The notes under the pieces were generated by a model. That model did not search any database and was not told the DNA's origin. It saw only the letters and a program-made list of their open reading frames with translations. From Eubacteriales bacterium (GTDB lineage Bacteria > Bacillota > Clostridia > Oscillospirales > CAG-272): 48,002 nt of DNA. Location: contig JAZRAU010000082.1 of the NCBI GenBank assembly GCA_045634705.1, forward strand, positions 1-48,002. The letters are read 5' to 3'. Numbering within the stretch: the first letter of the stretch is position 1; each line of letters starts with the position of its first letter. The position numbers were made by a program, and so were the translations under genes. This document shows positions 11,323-19,709 of the stretch, in pieces.

Positions 11323-12303
11323 ATGAAGCACCATTTCATTATCAATCCTGCCGCGGGAAAAGGGACCTTTATCAATTCCCTCTCCTCAAAAATCCAAGAG
11401 GCCGCAGAAAAGGCGGGCATCGACTACGAAATCTATATGACGAAAGCGCCGGGCGATGCCCAGACCTTTGTGGCTACCACCGTGGCAGGCGACGGCGACC
11501 GCCACCGTTTTTATGCTTGCGGCGGCGACGGCACGCTTTGCGAGGTCGTCAACGGGGCGCCCGAGTGCCCGCGTGCCGAATTTGCCGTGGTGCCTATTGG
11601 AACGGGCAACGATTTTTGCCGCAATTTCAGCGACCGCGCCGCGTTTCTTGACATGGAACGCCAGATCGGCGGTTCTCCCATGAAGATCGACCTCATCAAA
11701 TACAACAACCGCTACTGTGTCAATATGCTGAACATCGGCTTTGACTGCCATGTGGTGGAACGTACGGTCAAATTCAAAAGGAGCAAGCTGATCCCCTCCG
11801 GTATGGCGTATACGACGGGGGTCGTTGCCACTCTCCTACATAAAATGCACACAAAAATGCACATTGAGCTGGCGGACGGCGAGGTGATCGAGCGCCCCCT
11901 GCTCCTTATGTCGATCGCCAATGGGCAATTCTACGGCGGAGGCTATCATTCCAACCCTCGCGCCAATCTCTCGGACGGGCTGTTTGACGTGAACATTATC
12001 GAAAAGGTGTCGCGCGCCACCTTCCTCTCTCTGATCGGCTCCTATAAGGCGGGCACCCACCTCGAAACCGCGGCAAAATACATTACGTACCGTCAGGATA
12101 CCGCGATCTCCCTGCACTTTGATGAGGAAACCGCCGTCTGCGCCGACGGAGAGCTGGAAACGGCCACCGACCTTACAGTCACGCTGGTTCCCGACGCCGC
12201 TTCCTTTGTTCTTCCCACGGGCGTTCTCTGCATTACCGCTGCCTCTTTAACCGACGAGGAAGGAACCGAATCCGCCGAGGAAGGAACCCATGTCTCTGTT
12301 TAA
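11323..12303 (+). CDS. diacylglycerol/lipid kinase family protein (YegS/DagK-like)
   Basis: 326 aa with the catalytic-domain motif ACGGDGTLCEVVNG and VPIGTGNDF. Confidence 0.8.
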   Translation: MKHHFIINPAAGKGTFINSLSSKIQEAAEKAGIDYEIYMTKAPGDAQTFVATTVAGDGDRHRFYACGGDGTLCEVVNGAPECPRAEFAVVPIGTGNDFCRNFSDRAAFLDMERQIGGSPMKIDLIKYNNRYCVNMLNIGFDCHVVERTVKFKRSKLIPSGMAYTTGVVATLLHKMHTKMHIELADGEVIERPLLLMSIANGQFYGGGYHSNPRANLSDGLFDVNIIEKVSRATFLSLIGSYKAGTHLETAAKYITYRQDTAISLHFDEETAVCADGELETATDLTVTLVPDAASFVLPTGVLCITAASLTDEEGTESAEEGTHVSV

Positions 12304-14494
12304 GAATCGCCCCCTTGCGCTTGTCTTTGCCGCTTTTCTTTTTGGCTCACTCATCACGCTTTGGCTGAACACCAGCGGGGTTTCGCCCTTTGTGGCGATT
12401 GCCCCGCTTCTTTCGTTGTTTTTGGTTGTCCTTATCCTTGCTTTGCTTAAGCGCTTGCCACGCCTTATCCCCGTTGTCGCGTTTTTCCTTGTCGCAGCCT
12501 CTGTTTCACAAGCTGTGTACGATGATCACCGCTTCTCGGATATACGGAATGCTGACATAGCAATGTCCCACACTATCACCGCCACAGTTACCGATATTGA
12601 CGACAAGGAGCGCTCCTATGGCCTTTATACTGTGCGTGTGTCAAATTTCAACGGAGAAATCTCAGACCTTTACCTTCAGCTTCGCGTAGATCCCGAGGTG
12701 CGCCCCACCGCGCTTGCCCTCGGCGATGACATTTCGGCCGATATCATCATAACGAAAACGGCCGGTAGCGACAGGTATTATTACAGCCGCGGCATCGCAG
12801 GATACGCCGTTGCCGAGAAGATCGTTGCCATAAAGGCCACCGAAGGCCGATCCCCTTCTCTGCGCTTGCGTTCCCTGAGCCTCTCCCTGAGCCGACGGCT
12901 GAGGGCGGCGGTGGGAGGCGAGGAGGCCGCCCTTCTTTCCGCGCTCTTCCTTGGTAACCGCGAAGGGCTTTCACCCTCCACCACGCTCGCCTTCCGCCGC
13001 GCAGGATTATCGCACACGCTCGCCCTCAGCGGTATGCACCTCTCGGTCCTTGCCGCACTTCTTCTCAGGATCTTTCGGTGGCTTCGCCTGCCGAGAAAAG
13101 TGTCCACGCCGATCTTCCTCGCGATCCTTGCCTTTTACACGGCCTTAGCGGGAGCGCCGCTCTCTCTTTTGCGCTCGGCGGGTATGTTGGCCATTGCCCG
13201 TATTGGCGCGCTCGTACGGCGCGCCCCCGATCCTGTGACATCTCTTTTTACCGCTGTTGCCGTCATCGTCTCTGTCTCGCCGGGAGCCGCCGCCGACCTG
13301 GGCCTTTGGCTCTCTTTCCTGGCAACGCTCGGTCTTCTTGTGGCCAACGAGGCCTTTCCTCTTGCAGGGAAAAAGCGTGCCGCACTCCCAAGAAAGCTGC
13401 TTCGCGCCCTCGTTTTTTCCCTTTTTGTTCTGGGCTTTACCCTTCTTCTTTCGGTATTGGCATTCCGCGCCTTTTCCCTCTTGGCACCGATCTCCACGCT
13501 CATCGTTTCTCCCCTTATACAGGCCTTGCTCACGCTTGCGCCCCTGACGCTCCTTTTTGCCTCCCCCAACGCATTCACAAACGGTGTAGCGTTCCTCGCA
13601 AAGATCACCCTGGATCTTGTGGAATGGCTATCCTCCTTTCCTGTCTATGTGTCGCCGCAATACCCCTTCTTTATCTTCACGCTCGTCGGCTTCTCTGCCT
13701 TTGTGATTCTCCTTTTGGTGCTTCCTCTCAAAAGCCGTGCAGTGTTTGTCAAGTCGTTTGCTGCCGCGCTCACTGCTCTTACCCTCTCTTTTGTCGCCTG
13801 CCATATCTACGGACATTACCGTGATTTTGTCCTGTGCGTCAAGCATTATGAGAACGATTACCTTGTGGTAAAGGACGACGGCCGCGTCACGGTTATCGAT
13901 ACGGGGAGCAACGAGCACTCTCTCCATGCGCTGACGGCCGCACTCGCCAAGGAGTCCGTCACCGAGATCGATACCCTGATCGTTACCGCCGACAGGGACA
14001 ACCTTCCCCTCTACCTCTCCGCCGCCGACGCGCAGCTCTGCGTGCGTGAGGTGATTTTTCTCTGCAACGAAAGAAACGCCGATGCCGTCGCGCTATCCAT
14101 GGCCCTTGCCAAGGACCTCTCGCTTCCCTGCCGCGCCGAAGACGCCGACTTTATCTTCAAGGAGGATGGGCTCACTATCCGCATTCTATCCGGACTTTAC
14201 ACGCAGCATCGCAAAAAGCCCGAGCTGCTTGTCCACGTTGCTTTTAAGGATGAAAGTGTGTTGTATGCCTCGGCCAACATTCCCTCTCTGTTTGATGCGG
14301 CAGTTCTTTCATCGTATTTTTCCGATGTGGACTGCGTTATCCTCGGAGCCTATCCCGGAAGATTTGGACATCGGGTCGTCTCCCCCTTTCCTGAAAAGGC
14401 TTTGACCGTTACCGCTTACCCGGAGCTCCTTTTGCCTCCAAAAGGAGGGGCGTTCCCAACGCTCGAGGAACACTTTCTTTTCCCGATAGAATAA
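12290..14494 (+). CDS. comEC: ComEC/Rec2 DNA internalisation channel protein with a degenerate C-terminal MBL domain
   Basis: 734 aa, polytopic. The competence-domain signature is RRAGLSHTLALSGMHLSVLA. The C-terminal region aligns to the MBL fold (VTVIDTGSNEHS, LIVTADRDNL) but lacks the GQGD and HxHxDH metal ligands. The start overlaps the upstream kinase gene by 14 nt. Confidence 0.8.
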   Translation: MSLFKNRPLALVFAAFLFGSLITLWLNTSGVSPFVAIAPLLSLFLVVLILALLKRLPRLIPVVAFFLVAASVSQAVYDDHRFSDIRNADIAMSHTITATVTDIDDKERSYGLYTVRVSNFNGEISDLYLQLRVDPEVRPTALALGDDISADIIITKTAGSDRYYYSRGIAGYAVAEKIVAIKATEGRSPSLRLRSLSLSLSRRLRAAVGGEEAALLSALFLGNREGLSPSTTLAFRRAGLSHTLALSGMHLSVLAALLLRIFRWLRLPRKVSTPIFLAILAFYTALAGAPLSLLRSAGMLAIARIGALVRRAPDPVTSLFTAVAVIVSVSPGAAADLGLWLSFLATLGLLVANEAFPLAGKKRAALPRKLLRALVFSLFVLGFTLLLSVLAFRAFSLLAPISTLIVSPLIQALLTLAPLTLLFASPNAFTNGVAFLAKITLDLVEWLSSFPVYVSPQYPFFIFTLVGFSAFVILLLVLPLKSRAVFVKSFAAALTALTLSFVACHIYGHYRDFVLCVKHYENDYLVVKDDGRVTVIDTGSNEHSLHALTAALAKESVTEIDTLIVTADRDNLPLYLSAADAQLCVREVIFLCNERNADAVALSMALAKDLSLPCRAEDADFIFKEDGLTIRILSGLYTQHRKKPELLVHVAFKDESVLYASANIPSLFDAAVLSSYFSDVDCVILGAYPGRFGHRVVSPFPEKALTVTAYPELLLPPKGGAFPTLEEHFLFPIE

Positions 14495-14526
14495 AAAAGC
14501 AGAGAGCTTGTGCTCTCTGCTTTTTT
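14493..14526. terminator. bidirectional intrinsic terminator between comEC and ychF
   Basis: Stem GCAGAGAGC (14499..14507), loop TTGT, stem GCTCTCTGC (14512..14520). An A6 run precedes it and a T6 run follows it. Confidence 0.75.
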
Positions 14527-14527
14527 G

Positions 14528-15622
14528 TCAAACATTAAAACGGAACAGGACGATATCTCCGTCCCGGATCACGTAGTCCTTCCCCTCACTGCGGTAAAGA
14601 CCGTGCTCACGGGCGGCGTTGATGCTGCCTTCCTTGACAAAATCGTCGTAGGCAACGACCTCGGCGCGAATAAAGCCGCGCTCAAAATCGCTGTGGATCT
14701 TTCCGGCTGCCTGTGGCGCCTTTGTGCCCTCCGTAATCGTCCAAGCGCGGACCTCCTTGGGCCCTGCGGTAAGATAGCTGATAAGACCGAGGAGCTTGTA
14801 GCCCGCGCGGATCAGCTTGTTAAGGCCGCTTTCCTCAATTCCAAGATCCGTCAGAAAATCCACCTTGTCCTCGTCCGTCATATCCGAAAGCTCGGCCTCG
14901 ATCTGAGCACAAACCGCAACGATTCCCGAATGCTCGGCCTCGGCATGGGCGGCCAGCGCACAGTAGGCGGGGTTTTTCGTGTATCCGCCGTCCACCTCCG
15001 TCTCGGCGATGTTGGCAACGTAGATCACCGGCTTTCTCGTCAGAAGGCGCGTCTCGGCGATCAGGGCCTCTTCCTCGTCATCAAGCTCCAGAGTTCTGGC
15101 GCATTGTCCCTCTTCCAGGACAGCCTTGATGCGCTCCAGCACCGCGACCTCACGGGCAACCTCCTTATCGGCCCTTGCCAGCTTGGTTGCCTTTTCCAAG
15201 CGGCGCTCCAGGATCTCAAGATCGGAGAAAATAAGCTCAAGGTTGATCGTATCCACGTCACGGGTGGGATCAACGCCGCCGTCTACGTGAACGATGTCGC
15301 TGTCCTCAAAGCAACGGACCACGTGCACAATGGCGTCCACCTCACGGATATTGGCAAGGAACTTGTTGCCAAGCCCCTCCCCCTTGGAGGCGCCGCGGAC
15401 AAGGCCGGCAATATCCACAAATTCGATCACCGCGGGGGTGTATTTCTCAGGATTGTACACCTCGGCCAAACGGTCAAGGCGGCTATCCGGAACCGCCACC
15501 ACGCCCACGTTGGGGTCGATGGTGCAGAAAGGATAGTTGGCGGAGGCGGCCCCCGCGTTGGTCAGGGCATTAAACAGCGTGCTTTTGCCGACGTTCGGCA
15601 ATCCGACGATACCAAGTTTCAT
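14528..15622 (-). CDS. ychF: redox-regulated ribosome-binding ATPase YchF
   Basis: 364 aa beginning [21 protein letters not shown], with a C-terminal TGS-like domain ending [14 protein letters not shown]. Confidence 0.93.
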   Translation of the reverse strand: MKLGIVGLPNVGKSTLFNALTNAGAASANYPFCTIDPNVGVVAVPDSRLDRLAEVYNPEKYTPAVIEFVDIAGLVRGASKGEGLGNKFLANIREVDAIVHVVRCFEDSDIVHVDGGVDPTRDVDTINLELIFSDLEILERRLEKATKLARADKEVAREVAVLERIKAVLEEGQCARTLELDDEEEALIAETRLLTRKPVIYVANIAETEVDGGYTKNPAYCALAAHAEAEHSGIVAVCAQIEAELSDMTDEDKVDFLTDLGIEESGLNKLIRAGYKLLGLISYLTAGPKEVRAWTITEGTKAPQAAGKIHSDFERGFIRAEVVAYDDFVKEGSINAAREHGLYRSEGKDYVIRDGDIVLFRFNV

Positions 15623-15727
15623 TGTTATCCTCTTTCGTTATGCTAAAATCAAGCTTGTACCGTAACAGTATAGCATATTTCGAGCTGAAAGTCCAGCATT
15701 TTGAAAAAAATCCTCACGTGGCGTGGG

Positions 15728-15756
15728 TTGACATCGCCACGGCTTCGTGCTATACT
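15728..15756 (+). promoter_or_regulatory. sigma-A-type promoter candidate for the response-regulator gene, bracketed by a 7-bp inverted repeat
   Basis: TTGACA (15728..15733), a 17-nt spacer, then TATACT (15751..15756). The inverted repeat CGTGGCG (15717..15723) / CGCCACG (15735..15741) flanks the -35 box. Confidence 0.5.
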
Positions 15757-15848
15757 AAAAAAAACGGAACCTTCACATCGCATTCACACGCATTTCGCAT
15801 ATATCCCTTATAATAGAAGTGCAGTTACTTTATGAAAGGACCCCCAAA

Positions 15849-16538
15849 ATGACCGACATCAAGCTTTTGATCGCCGATGATGACCCCAACATCTGTGACA
15901 TGATGCGCCTTTATTTTGAAAATGAAGGCTATAAGGTAAAGGTGGCGCATGACGGCGTTGAGGCGCTGTCCGCCTTTCATTCCTACGATCCCGACATCGT
16001 GCTGCTTGACATTATGATGCCGCAGAAGGACGGCCGCCAGGTGTGCCGTGAGATCCGTGAGGTGTCGCAGAAGCCCATTATCATGGTCACGGCCAAGGGA
16101 GAGGTCTTTGACCGCGTTCTGGGCCTTGAGCTGGGCGCCGATGACTTTGTGGTCAAGCCTTTTGATCTCAATGAGCTTTCCGCGCGAATCAAGGCGGTCC
16201 TGCGCCGTTACACGGCACAAAGCGGCACAAACGATGAGGTCGTGAAATTTGAGAACATTGAGATCAGCCGCCAGAAGTATGAGCTGAAGCTGCGCGGAAA
16301 GCCAATCGATATCCCGCCAAAGGAGCTTGAGCTGCTCTACTTTCTGGCCTCGCATTGCAACATCGTTTACACGCGTGACCAGCTCCTTGACAAGGTCTGG
16401 GGCTTTGAATATTACGGTGACAGCCGCACCGTGGACGTTCACGTTAAGCGCCTGCGCGAAAAGCTTGAGGGTGTTTCCGACAAGTGGACACTCAAAACGG
16501 TATGGGGCGTTGGCTACAAGTTTGAGACCTTTCAGTGA
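15849..16538 (+). CDS. OmpR/PhoB-family response regulator (receiver plus winged helix)
   Basis: MTDIKLLIADDDPNICD, phospho-acceptor context DIVLLDIMMPQKDG, MVTAKG, VVKPF, and a C-terminal Trans_reg_C region (RTVDVHVKRLREKL, TVWGVGYKF). The ATG at 15849 lies 8 nt after GAAAGGA. The longest ORF starts at a GTG at 15819. Confidence 0.88.
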   Translation: MTDIKLLIADDDPNICDMMRLYFENEGYKVKVAHDGVEALSAFHSYDPDIVLLDIMMPQKDGRQVCREIREVSQKPIIMVTAKGEVFDRVLGLELGADDFVVKPFDLNELSARIKAVLRRYTAQSGTNDEVVKFENIEISRQKYELKLRGKPIDIPPKELELLYFLASHCNIVYTRDQLLDKVWGFEYYGDSRTVDVHVKRLREKLEGVSDKWTLKTVWGVGYKFETFQ

Positions 16539-16542
16539 GCAT

Positions 16543-16578
16543 AAAAAAGAAGACCGCCGAGTGGCGGTCTTCTTTTTT
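16543..16578. terminator. bidirectional intrinsic terminator between the response regulator and prs
   Basis: A 12-bp stem, AAGAAGACCGCC / GGCGGTCTTCTT, with loop GAGT. It is flanked by an A-run and a T-run. Confidence 0.75.
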
Positions 16579-17698
16579 ATGCCTGAATTTCCTTGCCGTG
16601 ATCGGCAAGCAGCTTGCGGATCCTTTTGGACTGATCAAGAAGCCCCGAAACGCTCTGATCGTGGTTCAGGGTATCGATGATATAGGCAACGTATTTGCAC
16701 ATATTCACCTCGCCGTACCATTCACGCGAGAGAAGCTCAGGCGTTCTGTAAACGAGGTTGGTGGTCATAATGCGAGTAAAGAGCCCCTCGGCATACGCCT
16801 CATCCATAACGTCAAGGCCGTTGCAGAACAAGCCGAAGGCAGTAAAGATAAAGATGCGCTTGGCACCGCGCGCCTTAAGCTGGCGGGCAACGTCGATCAT
16901 CGACTCACCGGACGAGATCATATCGTCAACCACAATAACGTCCATACCCTTGGGGTCGCGGCCAAGATACTCATGGGCCTCAATGGGATTTTTGCCGTTC
17001 ACGATCACCGAGTAGTTGCGGCGCTTGTAGAACATACCCAGCTCAATACCCAGCATGGAGGAATAGTACATGCAGCGGGACATGGCGCCCTCATCGGGAG
17101 AAACGACCATGATCTTGTCCTTGTTAAACTCCACATCCGGATACTCATGGACAAGGGCCTTGATCATCTGATACGTGGAACGGAAGTTATCAAAGCTACA
17201 AAGCGGAATGGCATTCTGCACACGGGGATCATGTACGTCAAAGGTGATTACGTTGGCGACCCCGATGTTATGGAGCTCCTGAAGCGCCATAGCGCAGTCA
17301 AGTGACTCACGGCTGGCACGCTTGTGCTGGCGCCCCTCATAAAGCATGGGCATCACAACGGTAATGCGCTTGGCCTTACCGCCGATAGCGCCAATGATAC
17401 GCTTCAGATCCTGAAAATGATCGTCAGGGCTCATCGGAACCGTTTGTCCGTACATCTGATAGGTCACGCCGTGATTGAAAACGTCAGAGATGATATATAC
17501 GTCGCGGCTCCGCATGGAATCGCGGATCATGCCCTTACCCTCACCGCTGCCAAAGCGAGGGCATGAGGCCTCGGCAATGAAGGTTCCCTCTCCGTCATGG
17601 CGACGCCATTCCTGGAGATAACAATCCACCTGCGCGACAAAATCCTCGCAGCCGCGCATTCCGATAATACTGAGGTCGCCGTAAGAGTTTTCTTTCAT
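16577..17698 (-). CDS. prs: ribose-phosphate pyrophosphokinase family protein (long form)
   Basis: PRPP-binding loop DVIVVDDMISSGESM, plus RITVVMPMLYEGRQHKR and DVHDPRVQN. It is about 373 aa from the ATG at 17698, whereas typical Prs is about 315 aa. Confidence 0.82.
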   Translation of the reverse strand: MKENSYGDLSIIGMRGCEDFVAQVDCYLQEWRRHDGEGTFIAEASCPRFGSGEGKGMIRDSMRSRDVYIISDVFNHGVTYQMYGQTVPMSPDDHFQDLKRIIGAIGGKAKRITVVMPMLYEGRQHKRASRESLDCAMALQELHNIGVANVITFDVHDPRVQNAIPLCSFDNFRSTYQMIKALVHEYPDVEFNKDKIMVVSPDEGAMSRCMYYSSMLGIELGMFYKRRNYSVIVNGKNPIEAHEYLGRDPKGMDVIVVDDMISSGESMIDVARQLKARGAKRIFIFTAFGLFCNGLDVMDEAYAEGLFTRIMTTNLVYRTPELLSREWYGEVNMCKYVAYIIDTLNHDQSVSGLLDQSKRIRKLLADHGKEIQA

Positions 17699-17866
17699 AG
17701 CTTGCACCGTCCCTGAAGATATCGTATTACATATCCATTATAATGAAAATCCCCCGTGTTGTCAAGGGCGGAAAGGACGAAAAAGCGTCTTTTGAATCAA
17801 TATCTTTTCACGAGAATGACAAACGGTGCATATACTGTTAGCACATCTCTATGAAGGGGGCTCCAT

Positions 17867-18310
17867 ATGAACACATCTAATGAAATTTCCCAGCGCCTCT
17901 CCGAGCTGGGAACCCTGGCCGTCCGCGTGGTGACGGCGGGCGGCGCCTTCCCCGTGGAAGGTGCCGACGTACGCATCGGCGGCGCCACACAGGAAAACGC
18001 CGCCGTGCATTATCTTCTGACCACCGACAGATCGGGGCTTGCCGAAAGGATCGACTTGCCAACGCCCGAAGCCTCGCTTTCCCAAAGCCCGGGTAACGCC
18101 CCCGGCTTTGCAAGCTATGTGATTGAGATCTTCAAGGCGGGATATTATCCCCTCATCTTCAGAGACGTACCGCTGTTTCCCGGTGTTACATCGCTGCAGC
18201 TTGGTGAGCTGATCCCAAAGCCTCCCTATCTCCCCGAGGAATATCCACCTACCGAGGAGACCGATTTCACAGAATATGAGCCGCTGGAAGGAGGGCCGAG
18301 CCGTGCCTAA
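17867..18310 (+). CDS. small protein with a carboxypeptidase-regulatory-like beta-sandwich; it resembles the N-terminal pre/pro region of clostridial SleC
   Basis: 147 aa. The segments LAVRVVTAGGAFPVEGADVRIGG...TTDRSGLAERIDLP...YVIEIFKAGYYPLIFRDVPLFPG form a pattern typical of CarboxypepD_reg-type domains, followed by a proline/acidic tail. AAGGGGG sits 6 nt before the ATG. Confidence 0.6.
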   Translation: MNTSNEISQRLSELGTLAVRVVTAGGAFPVEGADVRIGGATQENAAVHYLLTTDRSGLAERIDLPTPEASLSQSPGNAPGFASYVIEIFKAGYYPLIFRDVPLFPGVTSLQLGELIPKPPYLPEEYPPTEETDFTEYEPLEGGPSRA

Positions 18311-19700
18311 TCTGCCGAGCATTCCCGAGAACATCACCGTCCACCTGGGGCCGCCCGATTCCAACGCGCCAAACGTAACTCTCCCCTTCCCGGATTACAT
18401 CAAAAACGTGGCGTCCAGCGAGGTGTACCCCACCTGGCCCGAAAGCGCGATACGCGCCAACATCTACGCCCAGATCTCCTTTGCACTCAACCGGATCTAC
18501 ACCGAGTTTTACCGAAGCCGCGGCTATCCCTTTGACATCACAAGCTCTACAGCCTACGACCAGGCCTTTGTCAACGGGCGCGATGTTTTTGAAAACGTAG
18601 GGAACATCGTCGATGACATTTTTGACAGCTACGTCCGCCGCCAGGGATTTGTTGAGCCGCTGTTCACCTCATATTGCGACGGCATTCGCGTACAGTGTAG
18701 CGGCCTGTCCCAATGGGGCACGGTCTCGCTGGCGGGAGACGGACTTGTCCCCTATGAGATCCTGCAATATTACTATGGGCGTGACATTGACATCGTAAAC
18801 GACGTTCCCGTAAATGACATCGGAGAGAGCGCCCCCATAGTCCCCTTGCGGATCGGCGCCGCCAACAATGCCGTTGCCCTGGTACAGACACGGCTCAACC
18901 GCATTTCGGCCAACTATCCCGCCATTCCCAAGATCGCGAACGTGAACGGAATCTACAACGAGGATACCGAGGCGGCCGTGCGCGCCTTTCAGCGCATCTT
19001 CGGCCTTGGGGAGGACGGTATCGTGGGTAAGAACACCTGGTACCGTATCGCCTTCATTTACAACGGCGTGAAGCGCCTTTCCGAATTGAATTCCGAGGGG
19101 TTAACGCTTTCCGAGCTTCCGTCCGAGTATCCCGAGGCCTTGATGACCGGAATGTCGGGCCCTGCCGTCCGTGTACTGCAATACTACCTTTCCTACATTG
19201 CTCAGTATGTAAGCTCGGTGCCCTCTGTGGCGCTTGACGGCGTTTTCGGTCCCGACACCCGGGACGCCGTCATTGCCTTTCAAAGGACCTACGGTCTGCC
19301 AGCCGACGGCGTTGTGGGAGAGATCACGTGGAATCTCCTTTATAACACCTATCTCGGCATGATCGCGGCCACGCCCATTGTATATACCGAGGGGCGGACA
19401 CTTCCCTTCCCGGGGAGAAACCTCTCTCGCGGCGATACGGGAGACGATGTCCGTGCCTTACAGGAATACCTCGCCTACGTCGCACGCTATGTCACGGAGA
19501 TCCCCGTCATTACACCGGACGGTATCTTCGGTGCCGCGACCGAGGCCGCCGTTGAGGAATTCCAGCGCATTTTTGTGCCCTCGTTTACCACAGGGATCGT
19601 GGGGGCCGCTACGTGGAACGACCTGATGAACGTTTACAGCGATCTTTTCGTCGGGAATCAGGTGCGTGAGGGACAGTATCCCGGATACACTATCTCGTAA
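18303..19700 (+). CDS. SleC-like spore cortex-lytic enzyme core (SpoIID/SleC-like domain) with three PG_binding_1 repeats
   Basis: The conserved block is PFPDYIKNVASSEVYPTWPESAIRANIYAQISFALNRIYTEFYRSRGYPFDITSSTAYDQAF. Three repeats of the form VxxLQxxL...DGIFGxxTxxAVxxFQ...DGxVGxxTW follow. The longest ORF starts at the ATG at 18276 with no SD. A GTG at 18303 follows GGAAGGAGGG (18287..18296) and overlaps the upstream stop (GTGCCTAA). Confidence 0.7.
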   Translation: MPNLPSIPENITVHLGPPDSNAPNVTLPFPDYIKNVASSEVYPTWPESAIRANIYAQISFALNRIYTEFYRSRGYPFDITSSTAYDQAFVNGRDVFENVGNIVDDIFDSYVRRQGFVEPLFTSYCDGIRVQCSGLSQWGTVSLAGDGLVPYEILQYYYGRDIDIVNDVPVNDIGESAPIVPLRIGAANNAVALVQTRLNRISANYPAIPKIANVNGIYNEDTEAAVRAFQRIFGLGEDGIVGKNTWYRIAFIYNGVKRLSELNSEGLTLSELPSEYPEALMTGMSGPAVRVLQYYLSYIAQYVSSVPSVALDGVFGPDTRDAVIAFQRTYGLPADGVVGEITWNLLYNTYLGMIAATPIVYTEGRTLPFPGRNLSRGDTGDDVRALQEYLAYVARYVTEIPVITPDGIFGAATEAAVEEFQRIFVPSFTTGIVGAATWNDLMNVYSDLFVGNQVREGQYPGYTIS

Positions 19701-19709
19701 GGAGGGTCT

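Noticed and set aside
12860-12910. A short CT-rich repetitive DNA stretch encoding SLRLRSLSLSLSRRLR in comEC, considered as a tandem repeat or slippage tract.
   Set aside because: The repeat units are only imperfect dinucleotide or hexanucleotide copies. The frame is maintained, and it lies in a loop between TM segments. There is no evidence of phase-variable length from a single sequence.
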